A DNA stretch of 64,000 nucleotides from an uncultured Nitrososphaeraceae archaeon (GCA_963837175.1 CAWIMJ010000052.1:1-64000); one strand, 5' to 3'; numbered from the stretch's first letter, positions 53,816 through 64,000 are shown. Notes: generated by a model from the sequence alone, not told the origin. Numbers and translations are program-made.

Positions 53816-55666
53816 AACTTTACTATTAGAAGCTACTATTACTTTACTGGTGGGACGACTATCTTCTCAAAAAGTAGCTCCATAATATTAATTATTATTG
53901 CAACTGTAGCAATAGCACTATCGATGATTTCCTATCAACATTCATCACTTATCTCTAATAATATTGTTAATATTGCTTCCGAAGAATTAAGATCGCAAGC
54001 TAGAATTCAAGCTCATGATTTATCTCAAATATTAGCAAATCGTTTAGAATCTATAACACCCCTTTTACAAACATTGGCTGATTCTCCTGCATTACAAAAT
54101 AATGAATTTCGGAGGGCACAAACTATAATTGATTCCAGAAAAAACTATACAGATGATTTAACAGATTTTTATATGTGGCTTGATAAAGATGGCAAAATAG
54201 TTTGGATTAGCAACATTAATTCTACAGCATACCAAAGATACAAAGGATTTGATCTTAGCTATAGACCTTACTTTACTGTACCTAAGAACATCAATACAGC
54301 ATATTATAGCAGTATAATAGAGTCAAATGATAAAATTCCAAGATTATACATATCTTATCCTATTTTGAGTAAGCAAGGATCTGAATATAAAGATACTAAT
54401 CTAACAAAAACAGGAACTTTCAAAGGTGTTGTAGTTACTGCTATAAGGATTGATATGCTGGGCAATCTTTTGAAAAATCAATTATTTCCAGAATTTGTAA
54501 GCAGCTTAGTACTAATGGATAAAAAGGGGATAATACTCTATTCTAGTAACAACTCAGATATTGGCAAAAATGCTGTCGGAGATGAATTCCAGTCAAGGGT
54601 GTCTATATTGGGTTCTCCAAAGTCACGTAATCCATTAAATGAACTTTTTAGAGCCTCCTTACAGGAGAAAACAGGTAGTTCGGTAGATATTTTTGCGCAG
54701 AATAGAATGAATACTATTGCTTATCAACCAGTAAATGTAGGAGGAGATCGTTTCCTGAATTTATTTATCGGTGTACCACATAACTTTGCAAGTGATGTAG
54801 GTGCTGCAATTAATGCGCAGAAGAACTTTAGTATACTGATAGTAATAATAATAGGATCGTTAGCAATAGGGATTGCATATCTTGTTCTTACATGGAATAG
54901 AAGATTGAAAACTATTGTTAATACTAGAACTGCAGAAGTAAAGAAAGCAAATAAACAACTTGTATCAGCATATGAACAGTTAAAAGGTCATGATAGAATG
55001 CAGAGAGATTTTATCAATATAGCAGCTCATGAATTGCGAACACCAATACAACCAATACTTACATTAACTGATGCCCTTCGTTCTAAAATAAAAGATACTG
55101 AAAAAAATGAAATTCTAGATGTTATATTGAGAAATGCAAGACGATTGCAACGACTTACAGAGGATATACTTGACGTTACAAAGATCGAAAGCCGTACTCT
55201 AGAACTCCATAGAGAAAGGTTCAATCTAAAAGACATATTATCAAATTTGATACAAGACTATAGGAGCCAAATTGAAAAAAAAGATAATAATGAACAAAAT
55301 TTAAAGATTCTGTACGAACCTGGTAACGATAATGTATCTATAAATGCAGATAAGGTAAGGATTACTCAAGTCATCTCCAACCTTATTAATAATTCAGTTA
55401 AATTTACTAAATTAGGAAAGATATCCATTACCTCAAAAAAGAATTATAGTCACGTTATAGTTAGTGTAAAGGACACAGGGATAGGCATAGATCCTGAAAT
55501 AATGCCTAAATTGTTTTCAAAGTTTGCTACTAAATCGTTCTCAGGAACAGGATTAGGTTTGTTTATTTCAAAAGCTATTGTAGAAGCGCATGATGGTAAG
55601 ATATGGGCTGAAAATAACTCTGATGGAAAAGGAGCTACATTTAGTTTTAGCCTACCGTTCAAATAA
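53816..55666 (+). CDS. Membrane sensor histidine kinase with a Cache-type extracellular domain
   Basis: DLSYRPYF Cache motif, TM2, AAHELRTP H-box, N/G1/F/G2 boxes. TM1 is encoded in frame upstream of ATG 53924 (frame open from 53816), so the true start is shifted (GTG 53850?) or non-canonical. Confidence 0.92.
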   Translation, partial: NFTIRSYYYFTGGTTIFSKSSSIILIIIATVAIALSMISYQHSSLISNNIVNIASEELRSQARIQAHDLSQILANRLESITPLLQTLADSPALQNNEFRRAQTIIDSRKNYTDDLTDFYMWLDKDGKIVWISNINSTAYQRYKGFDLSYRPYFTVPKNINTAYYSSIIESNDKIPRLYISYPILSKQGSEYKDTNLTKTGTFKGVVVTAIRIDMLGNLLKNQLFPEFVSSLVLMDKKGIILYSSNNSDIGKNAVGDEFQSRVSILGSPKSRNPLNELFRASLQEKTGSSVDIFAQNRMNTIAYQPVNVGGDRFLNLFIGVPHNFASDVGAAINAQKNFSILIVIIIGSLAIGIAYLVLTWNRRLKTIVNTRTAEVKKANKQLVSAYEQLKGHDRMQRDFINIAAHELRTPIQPILTLTDALRSKIKDTEKNEILDVILRNARRLQRLTEDILDVTKIESRTLELHRERFNLKDILSNLIQDYRSQIEKKDNNEQNLKILYEPGNDNVSINADKVRITQVISNLINNSVKFTKLGKISITSKKNYSHVIVSVKDTGIGIDPEIMPKLFSKFATKSFSGTGLGLFISKAIVEAHDGKIWAENNSDGKGATFSFSLPFK

Positions 55667-56198
55667 TAAATACCAAGAATTCTTTACAATTGCAAAGTGA
55701 TGTCATGTACGAACTCTGAGATATTTATTTTGTCTAGTCCTCAGTCTTTCTATTCTGCAAATATATTTCTATAAATAAAATGAATTCTGGGTGACAAATA
55801 TATCACAACCTAGACTATCAATAAAAAGAAAAATAAATAAAGAGCAAGAGGATCATTATACATGCGAACAAAATGCATTAAATGACTTTAATATTTGAAC
55901 CCATTTGCATACACGGTTCAATCAGATATGAATCTCCGACGATGTATTAACTATACTATCAATAGAAGAATCAAGTAAAATAGTCAAACTTTCTCACCTT
56001 TAATGTGTGTCATCCAGTTGATAGCGCCACATTTCCTCTATATCATTGAATGATGGACGTACAGCTTGAAAGAATGTATGAAATTCTGGACATGTACGAA
56101 AACCTTTAAGATGGCGATCTTCCTCTCTCACTCACTTCTATGTTGATGCTTCAAATCTTATTTTGGATGATAAATAAGAGCACATCATTAAACACTAT

Positions 56199-56413
56199 AT
56201 GAATGAATCATCACCATCATTAGTACAATCAACACTATCATTAAGATCATTACAAAAAATACTACATAATAGAATCATACAGAAGAAGAGAGAACTGCAT
56301 AAGTCTCATAATAGAGCTTATACGGTAGCCTGTGGACAGAAATAGAAACAATCCGATGAGTCTTGGCCCAAATACTTATGCTGCTGCAGCAATCATCAGA
56401 CACCAAAAGTTAA
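56199..56413 (+). pseudogene. Paralog of 31820-32041 with a 1-bp deletion and TGG>TGA
   Basis: MNESSPSLVQSTLSLRSLQKILHNRIIQKKRELHKSHNRAY../SLWTEIETIR*VLAQI, with high nucleotide identity. Confidence 0.85.
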
Positions 56414-56682
56414 CAGGACATATTGGGCTCAATTATCGTGTCCGATCGCTGTTATTCTGAAATGTAACAATAAGAAATGGCAATGAAACTGTCCACTACA
56501 TTAAATCATATCAGAACTTTGTCTGCTTAAGATTCGAGGCAGAAATTTATGTTGATGATAAAAACATCTACTGAATTTAGCCATTTAGACACATTACCCT
56601 GAGACATCTATTAACCTGGTTTATGATTAGGCTTTGACATAGAAAGTATTATTACAAAGTAAAATTAATAGCACTAACAACT

Positions 56683-57300
56683 ATGGAGCACCAACAAAAA
56701 CAGTGGAAGCTTGAGGGAGATTACTTTGAGGGATGTAATTGCAAATCGATATGTCCATGTATTTTCTTGGATGATCCTACTGAAGGCAATTGCTATTTAA
56801 CTACTGCATGGCATATCCAGAGAGGTAATTATAATGATACTAATCTTGATGGGCTTAATGTAGTAGGTGTATTTAATACACCAGGCAATATGGCAACTGG
56901 ACCAAAGTGGAAAGTGGCCCTTTATCTTGACCAAACAGCAACTGCAGAACAATCTGATGCTCTTACTAAGATCTATTCTGGTCAAGCAGGTGGATTCTTT
57001 GCCGCACTTTCTAATTTTATTGGAGAGATTTTGGGTGTAAAATCAGTTCCAATTGAGTTTAATGTAGAAGGAAAACGTCGTTGGCTACACATAAAAGATT
57101 CTCTAGAACTGGAGATAGAAGGAGTTACGGGCATAGACCCTGATAAAGAGTCACGTGTAGTTAATCCGGCATTCTCTGCTGTACCTGGATCTGATTTAAT
57201 AATTGCACGTTCAACTAAATATAGTTACAATGATCATGGGATGCAATGGGATAATTCTGGTAAGAATGGTTTCTATTGCCGTTTTAGTTATTCTCCATAG
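56683..57300 (+). CDS. DUF1326 protein
   Basis: W.LEGDYFEGCNC.SICPC...PTEG.C, W....G.NGF. Confidence 0.93.
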   Translation: MEHQQKQWKLEGDYFEGCNCKSICPCIFLDDPTEGNCYLTTAWHIQRGNYNDTNLDGLNVVGVFNTPGNMATGPKWKVALYLDQTATAEQSDALTKIYSGQAGGFFAALSNFIGEILGVKSVPIEFNVEGKRRWLHIKDSLELEIEGVTGIDPDKESRVVNPAFSAVPGSDLIIARSTKYSYNDHGMQWDNSGKNGFYCRFSYSP

Positions 57301-57797
57301 TAATGATGACGATTTATAAAATGCAATAGGCATATTCTTAATTTATTTATCATAACTGCAAATATGTACACTAATTACTGCAACTCATATAATTTTCATC
57401 AGAGCTCCCATATAGATAGATTAAACCTATCACTTACAAAATCTTTAAAGCTTATTCTCCTGTGATATATTTAGGATCTACTTTTAGTGCCGATATCAGC
57501 ATGATTCCAACGAAGTCGCTAGTTGAAACTTAATTAAATAAGGCAAGACTTTGGAAATATTAGAGTAAATTCAGACTGTTATGAGTCTAGTTAACATGTC
57601 TATCGAAAAATACCCAATGTCATTTTTTTTATCATTATTTTCCTCATTGTGCTTTATACATTTTAGATAATGCTTATAATATTATATACAAATTTCTCCT
57701 TTGATAAATTGGCACAAGTCCAGCGTAAACTGAATCAACTAATGATCTACATGAGAAAAAGACCTTTTATAATATGAATTGTTAATATCGCATATCA

Positions 57798-59565
57798 TTG
57801 CCAATCCCCAATACTCCTACTATCGATTCTGAGAAGACTCAGGTACTGCATGGATTTGAGAAAACTACTGAGGCAATAACCAGCTTCTTGTATAGTGCAG
57901 AGGATTATATGAATATCTGTGCAGACTATACTTGGCCATCCGTAGCAATGGGTGTAGAAGTGTTTAAGAAAGGACTATATGAACTTAAAAAAAGGAATGT
58001 CAAGTCAAGATTCGTAACAGACATCACAAAAGACAATATTAAGTATTGTAAGGAATTAATGCAAATATCGGAACTTCGTCACCTTGATGGAGTTAAGGGA
58101 AATTTTGCAATAAGTGAAAAAGGCTACACAGCTTCGGCTACGTTGCAGGAAGCGGCCCTCCTGCAAGAAGTCATATATAGCAATGTTAGATCGATTCTTG
58201 ATCAGGCAGCAGTATGTGTTTGAAACTTTATGGAGTAAAGCAAAACCTGCAGAACAAAAGATAAGAGAAATTGAAGAGGGTGTTGACTTTGGAAAGACAG
58301 AGATAATTCAAAGTCCAAAAAAAATACTTGAATTACTCATAAACATGATAAAATCAGCCAAAAGTGAAATACTACTGATGCTGCCTACAATCAATGCCTT
58401 TCTTCGTGAAGAGCGCATAGGTGCAATAGAACTTTTAAAGCAATCGGCGGCAGAACATAATGTAAATGTTAGAATCATAACTCCAAGTAACGATGATGTC
58501 GAAAAGATACTGCAAAATACAGTATCTGTAGCAGTGAGAAAAGAGCAACAAGAAAACCAGAAGAAAGAAAAAGGTTTTGAAGTACAACGTAGCAATATTC
58601 AGTTTAAAGAAACTGCGATGACTACAGTTACCATACTAGTTGTTGACAAAAGAGAATCTTTGGTAATAGAAAAGACAGATGATTCCAAAGAAAACTTTAT
58701 TAAAGCAATAGGATTGTCCACTTATTCTAATAGTGAACCAACAGTTATATCCTATCTTTCAATCTTTGAGGGTTTGTGGAGGCAAGCAAAATTGTATGAA
58801 GAGTTAAGGGAAGCAAATGAACAACTACAGATTCATGATAAGATGCAAAGAGAATTTATCAATATAGCAAGTCATGAGATGAAAACACCTACTCAAGCCA
58901 TTCTTGGAACTAGTGGGTTGTTGCAGTATTATCCAGAAAGAATAGACGAATTGATTGAAATAATACAAAGAAATGCCAAAAGACTCCAGACACTCATTAT
59001 TAATATATTAGATGTCACAAGAATTGAAAGTAAGACATTAATACTAAACAAGGAGCGATTTAATATCCGTGACGTAATATCATCTCTCATAGAGGATCAC
59101 AAAGATAGGACAAAAAATAGCAATATCAAATTAATCAATAAAAATAATAGTAATAATAATAATCCTATTTTTGTAGAAGCAGATAAAGATCGGATAATTC
59201 AGGTTCTCTGCAATCTGTTAAGTAATGCGATCAAGTTTACAAATCAAGGGCAAATATCTATTAATTTATTTGAAAAGAGTGATGTTCACCATGAAGAGGA
59301 TGGGAGAAAAGAAGTCATTGTTAGTGTTACGGATACAGGTAGTGGAATAAACAGTGAAATTTTTACAAGGCTATTTTCCAAGTTTGCTTCAAAGTCTTAT
59401 CAAGGTACTGGATTAGGATTGTTTATTTGCAAAAGTATTATACAAGCTCACGGTGGAAGGATATGGGCAGAAAATAATGACGTCAGCGAAAATAAGAGTG
59501 GCGCTACTATTACCTTTAGTCTACCTGCTGCCACCGACATAAACATGGCCAATGGAGATAATTAA
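57798..59565 (+). CDS. Cytoplasmic sensor histidine kinase, +1 frameshift at about 58206
   Basis: Two related N-terminal input domains, then ASHEMKTP, NLLSNAIKF, DTGSG and GTGLGL. Removing one G gives ILDQQQYVFETLW. Confidence 0.92.
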
Positions 59566-59568
59566 CCT

Positions 59569-59943
59569 ATGGATAATAATAGAATTTTAGTTGTAGACGA
59601 TGAGCCTGATCTCACTAGAGTCTCTACCTTGGCTTTGGAGTATCATGGATTCAAAGTTGATACATTTAATGATCCACAAGAAGCATTATCCAAATTCAAG
59701 CCAGGTTCGTATGATTTGATTATCCTTGATATTAAAATGCCAAAGATGGATGGTTTTGAATTGTATCACGAAATAAAAAAGAAAGATAATAACGCTAAAG
59801 TCTGTTTTCTTACAGCAAGTGAATTATATTATGAGGAATTCAGAAACAAAGAGTACCGTGCGTTGGATAGAAATCTGTTTATTCGGAAGCCAATAAATAA
59901 TGAAGACCTAGTAAAAGAAATAAACAAAATGATCAAGAAATAA
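59569..59943 (+). CDS. Stand-alone response regulator (REC domain)
   Basis: ILVVDDE, IILDIKMP.MDGFEL, FLTA, FIRKP; 3 bp after the kinase. Confidence 0.95.
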   Translation: MDNNRILVVDDEPDLTRVSTLALEYHGFKVDTFNDPQEALSKFKPGSYDLIILDIKMPKMDGFELYHEIKKKDNNAKVCFLTASELYYEEFRNKEYRALDRNLFIRKPINNEDLVKEINKMIKK

Positions 59944-60786
59944 GAATACCTCCTATGTGCGTGAGAAAGATAAATCCCTTGTATTATGAGTTCACAAACT
60001 AAGAGTGATTACATATGCTAGTGTATTGCATACTACCGAACCCACTAATTATGCAGTTCTTCTACTACGAGATATAGGTTTATGATCAATTAAGTTATCA
60101 ATAATGAAATATATCAAGTATTTGTGGAAATTACCAAGAAGGTTGGAAGAAGGTTGTATATTTATTATTGATTACATTTATGGCCTGCTATGTAGCCTTC
60201 AACCAGTATAAACCTATAACCAGCTGCTTCAGCATCCCTACACCCTTGATCTGTTGCAACTGTGGCAGTATCACTTCGATCAGGTACTATAATAAAGCCT
60301 CAAAGGTACTAATGCCAAGAATATTTTTACCTCTTTACTACCAGCAGTAGATAATATATATAAAAGTATTTATGGTAATGAAAAAAGCCAACAAATAATA
60401 TTGGTAACCCTTGACTATAGCATACATAAAAACCGCTTCCAGAGTATTATCATTTCTTTACAAAGCTAAAAGATTCAGGAAAGACTACTGGTTGTACTTC
60501 CTTGCTCATAATTACTAATTCAATGAAAAAGTATATAGAGAAATTACGGGTTAAAAATGACTAAACTTACCTATTATGTTTTTTGAATGAATATTAAACT
60601 ATGAAAGAAAGAGAAGCAGAATCGTTCTGATTGCCTAAAGAAAAGTTTATGATTAAATTTACTGTACGCTACGTTTGCTGCGACTATAAAGACGTTTTAT
60701 TCTGGGATTTCTATATAATTTTCTTATTTTAGTTTTATGAAAAAAATGGTTTGCAGTAATAAGAACTGCCAATGTTTTGGGTCACA

Positions 60787-60987
60787 TCACGGAGTAAATG
60801 TTATGGTGGCTGAGTTGCTACAGTAAGCGTTGCCACTACATTTGTTCTCTTGCTGTTGTTCGTAACTAAAATCCGAATCCTGCGCACTTGCTTGTTGTTG
60901 CATTGCAATAGGTACTACAGCTAATCCTGCTGACAGCATTGCCACTGCTCCTAAGATTCCTATCATTAGTAAGGTTGAGTTGTTCAT
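60787..60987 (-). CDS. Secreted micro-protein with a Q/N-rich two-Cys core (copy A)
   Basis: Signal peptide ending QASA; mature part QDSDFSYEQQQENKCSGNAYCSNSATITFTP. Confidence 0.85.
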   Translation of the reverse strand: MNNSTLLMIGILGAVAMLSAGLAVVPIAMQQQASAQDSDFSYEQQQENKCSGNAYCSNSATITFTP

Positions 60988-61043
60988 ATAACTTCTACCA
61001 GAGAGTATATACTAATAGCTTATTTATTTTTAAAACTTTTATA

Positions 61044-61064
61044 CTGAATTTATCTAATAGATAT
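61044..61064. promoter_or_regulatory. Conserved upstream motif of copy A (contains palindrome TATCTA-A-TAGATA)
   Basis: ctgaatttatctaatagatat, 20/21 identical to 61669-61689. Confidence 0.6.
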
Positions 61065-61371
61065 ACATACTAAATATAAAGTATAGAAAATTGTTGTAAG
61101 CACTTTATAAGATGACATAATTTAAAAAAAGTTTTAAGGCATAATAATCTCCATCTCCAATGCTAAAATTTGAAACTCAATCAGTTGTCCATCGTGGATA
61201 ATTCAGAAAGCTTTTGTCAGAATGAAGCCAATATTACAGATTAATTTAATAATAATAATTTCTTTTGTAATTATCCGTCGCTTAATATTGGATTAACCAC
61301 ATTAAGGTAAATTGTTCTCTTTAGCGAAAAGGAAAAAAATAGTGATTGCAGCAATAATAAGGGAGAATATC

Positions 61372-61617
61372 TTATTCTATCATGTCTTCTATTGGCACAT
61401 TAAATGTTATTGTGCCTTCATTACTACATTCAGCAGAACCACTACATCTATTCTTTTGTTCTTGTTCAAAACTGAAGTTTGTATCGCCTCCATCCTCTTC
61501 ATCCATTAATACGTTTGCACTTGCTTGTTGCATTGTAGTAGGTAATACAGCTAATCCTGCTGATAGCATTGCTACAGCTGCTACGATTCCAACCATTAGT
61601 AAAGTTAAGTTCTTCAT
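61372..61617 (-). CDS. Secreted micro-protein with a Q/N-rich two-Cys core (copy B)
   Basis: Signal peptide ending QASA; core DTNFSFEQEQKNRCSGSAECSNEGTITF. Confidence 0.85.
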   Translation of the reverse strand: MKNLTLLMVGIVAAVAMLSAGLAVLPTTMQQASANVLMDEEDGGDTNFSFEQEQKNRCSGSAECSNEGTITFNVPIEDMIE

Positions 61618-61668
61618 ATCTCTACTGAGTGTTGTACTTATGGTATATCTATTTTAAAAGATATAATT

Positions 61669-61689
61669 CTGAATTTTTCTAATAGATAT
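61669..61689. promoter_or_regulatory. Conserved upstream motif of copy B
   Basis: ctgaatttttctaatagatat, just upstream of the TTTTAAAA box. Confidence 0.6.
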
Positions 61690-62011
61690 GTTTAGCGTAA
61701 TATTATATAAGAGTAGTAATTAATAATAAAGATAACCATAGTTAGCAACATCTTACACTATAGAATTCTGAGAATATTTGATGTCCATGCGGTTGAAATC
61801 ATTAAGTCAAATCTGTCCTGCATTCCATCGCATCATAATCAGATCTGTCATTCGTCTATCAGATTTGATTATATCAGTAACTAAATTCTAAATAAATATC
61901 ATCAGATAACTTTTAGGAAGAGCTGTTCATTTTGAATTTAATTAATTTCTTTACATTCTATTTTTATTCATAGGCAGATAAATCGTTATTGTTATCTACC
62001 TATTCCCAATG

Positions 62012-62203
62012 CTACCGTCGCCTTCTTGCCTCTCTACGCAAATACTTTTCTAGCTCTTCAGGAGACATATTTCTTAGTTGATCGGTATTTAAATCAAGGC
62101 TAAATTCTGTTACTCCTGGTCCAGAAAAGTCTTTGTCATAGTCTCTACCCTCTCCTTGTTCTCCTTCCTTGTCAAAGTAATCGGGCGCATTTCTTTTTCT
62201 CAT
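62012..62203 (-). CDS. Small charged hypothetical protein
   Basis: 63-aa ORF with TTTAAAA about 30 bp upstream. Confidence 0.55.
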   Translation of the reverse strand: MRKRNAPDYFDKEGEQGEGRDYDKDFSGPGVTEFSLDLNTDQLRNMSPEELEKYLRREARRRR

Positions 62204-63051
62204 GGCTTATTTTTGACTTGACATTATGTTTATTTTAAATTACAGTGAAATCTTCCTTCCCCAATCATACAGGGCTTTTGTACAGTTCTAAGTGGCATCT
62301 AAAAATTGTACATGTTCCTATAGCAAAGTAGAAGAGAGTGCGTCATCTTGACTTGACTTCTTTTTATTAAGTATTCAATAAAGTTTACCCAATACCTATT
62401 GGTGGTCTCTTAGATTCACTATGTTCTAATAGTTTATGATAATTCAGTATATACCAACTATCAAATACCTTACTACAGATATTGCATTTCCAGACTTTTC
62501 TACTATCTGCCATTGATTCTTCAATATGAGAAGTGTTATTAATCTGTCCTGGTTATGCAGCAGCATATATATAGTAAAATCATAATTAGAAAATCTAAAT
62601 AAGAACAAAATAACAAAAGCCCTCTTCATGGGGGGACCTAATCACATCGAACCGGTGCTAATCTTGACTTGTTGAGGAAGAGTTGGATAGAATCGGAGAA
62701 TATAGCATAAGTGTGATTTCGTAGTGTTTCATCCTATTCCTGACAAGTTATTTTTTCCAGCCAAAAGGAATAAGCCCGACTGTTATATATCATATATTAG
62801 ATCTCCCTCAATAATCAATAAAATAAACAAATATCTGCCGTCCTTGCGATTTCCTTTTTACTTGCAATAGGCAGCATCTATTTCAGGATTGACAAACTTA
62901 GAAGCATTAGGTCAACAACAAAATGCAACAAATGCCACTGCTACCATATCCAATCAGACAGGATAATGGTTATACTGGAAAAAGTCCAGCCTTAGTTAAT
63001 TGCAGCAGAGCAATATTCAATAGATATATACATCAAAAGATGTAGATATGT

Positions 63052-63275
63052 ATGGTAGATGCTACAATTTTAGTAATCGGCACAGCTGGCACGATTGGTA
63101 GCGAAGTTATGAAACAGTTGATTTTAACTGCTCATACTTCAAACTAACATTAAGGTCAGCTGTTCATTCACAAGAGAGTAGAAAAAGACTAGCAGTTGAG
63201 AGAATCAAAACAATTCTTATCGATTACAATAAACCAGACATTACAGAGGAATCTATCAAAGACATTGATAGATTA
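63052..63275 (+). pseudogene. NmrA/SDR family remnant
   Basis: MVDATILVIGTAGTIGSEVMKQL Rossmann start, later IDYNKPD...IKDIDRL. Confidence 0.7.
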
Positions 63276-64000
63276 GATATTCCATTATTTCGTGTTTCAT
63301 TCATGCCCATATTACTATTGTCTTTCATAATGGTATCGTTATTATCACTCATATCCATCGTGGTCGTCGTCATATCCATGCTATTATCCATAGCAGCATT
63401 ATCTTTACCAATATACATACCAATTGGAATTTCCATTAGCCCAAGTATTGCCAAAATACCAATAACCATAAAACCAACACCTGCACTTCTAGCAACCCAT
63501 ATACCACCATGTAACCATATTTTCTCTCCAAATATTATAGCTGCAAATAAAGCCATCCATAGCAAATTCATCCAACCTAAAGCTATCATTAGCAGAAAGT
63601 AAGGCCAGCAGCACCCAAGACAATATATACCATGATATGTTCCCATCTTGACCGCTCCAATTGTTCCACTTCTCCATCTTCTCATAAAGAAGCTCATTGG
63701 AGATTCACAATATCCAAGGCATTTTGTTTTTAGTGGACTGAATTGATATAATCCTGATATTATCAGTAGGATTCCAAATATAATATCAAGTTGTTGTTTG
63801 CTAATTAAGGAAGAATTCATTCCCATAAAGAAATAATTGATCGGAATGGACCATGCTATTAGGAGGGCAATACCTGTTAAAGCCCATACAACAAGATACG
63901 AGCCAACAAACAAAATTATTTTAAATGAATATGATGGCCATAGTAGAAATGCTAATAATGATGATGATGACTTCTTTGCTTCTCCATCTGCTTCATCTTC
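63224..64000 (-). CDS. DUF2182 predicted metal-binding integral membrane protein (5' end outside the window)
   Basis: GLYQFSPLK.KCL.YC.SP, G.YCLGCCWPY, GWMNLLWM. The frame is open to the window edge and ends in a Met-rich tail. Confidence 0.92.
   Translation of the reverse strand, partial: EDEADGEAKKSSSSLLAFLLWPSYSFKIILFVGSYLVVWALTGIALLIAWSIPINYFFMGMNSSLISKQQLDIIFGILLIISGLYQFSPLKTKCLGYCESPMSFFMRRWRSGTIGAVKMGTYHGIYCLGCCWPYFLLMIALGWMNLLWMALFAAIIFGEKIWLHGGIWVARSAGVGFMVIGILAILGLMEIPIGMYIGKDNAAMDNSMDMTTTTMDMSDNNDTIMKDNSNMGMNETRNNGISNLSMSLIDSSVMSGLL

Noticed and set aside
28359-57510. Short similarity between about 28359 and 57487 (gcaccaatatcagcat / gtgccgatatcagcat)
   Set aside because: Too short to distinguish from chance in AT-rich DNA.
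60787-61617. Peptides as RiPP precursors
   Set aside because: The leader is a hydrophobic Sec-type signal with an AxA site, and no radical SAM, YcaO, LanM or peptidase-transporter gene is in the window.
5767-63677. Many antisense or overlapping ORFs in the track (e.g. 5767-6126, 9217-9567, 14254-14533, 23496-23933, 37139-37615, 39815-40264, 61382-61657, 63303-63602)
   Set aside because: They are shadows of well-supported genes on the opposite strand and have no motifs of their own.

Overview
This is AT-rich (roughly 30% GC by eye) archaeal DNA. Gene content, TATA-box/leaderless starts, stand-alone receiver domains, poly-Asn/poly-Ser inserts and many decayed genes suggest a soil ammonia-oxidising archaeon of the Nitrososphaeraceae (inference). 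It is an accessory stress, redox and signalling region. It encodes a P450, Hsp20, UspA, DJ-1/PfpI, Mn-catalase, a ring-cleaving dioxygenase plus esterase, nitroreductase, an XPB-like helicase, a CPA2 antiporter, Lrp, a sulfite/nitrite reductase, a Tat-exported bicupin, two histidine kinases, DUF1326 and DUF2182, with many pseudogene fragments between them. I found no rRNA, no CRISPR array and no complete tRNA or intact IS. Five otherwise intact genes each carry one extra base, probably a sequencing artefact. The best leads are: (1) two tandem secreted micro-proteins with a conserved Q/N-rich two-Cys core and a shared palindromic promoter motif; (2) a full-length aldehyde dehydrogenase lacking its catalytic Cys, catalytic Glu and NAD-binding residues; (3) a duplicated two-Cys membrane micro-protein heading both operons that flank Lrp near the sulfite reductase, which is followed by a tRNA-like 5' fragment; (4) several zinc-finger micro-proteins missed by the ORF track, one with B-box-like spacing; (5) a dispersed multi-copy family of about 70 aa.
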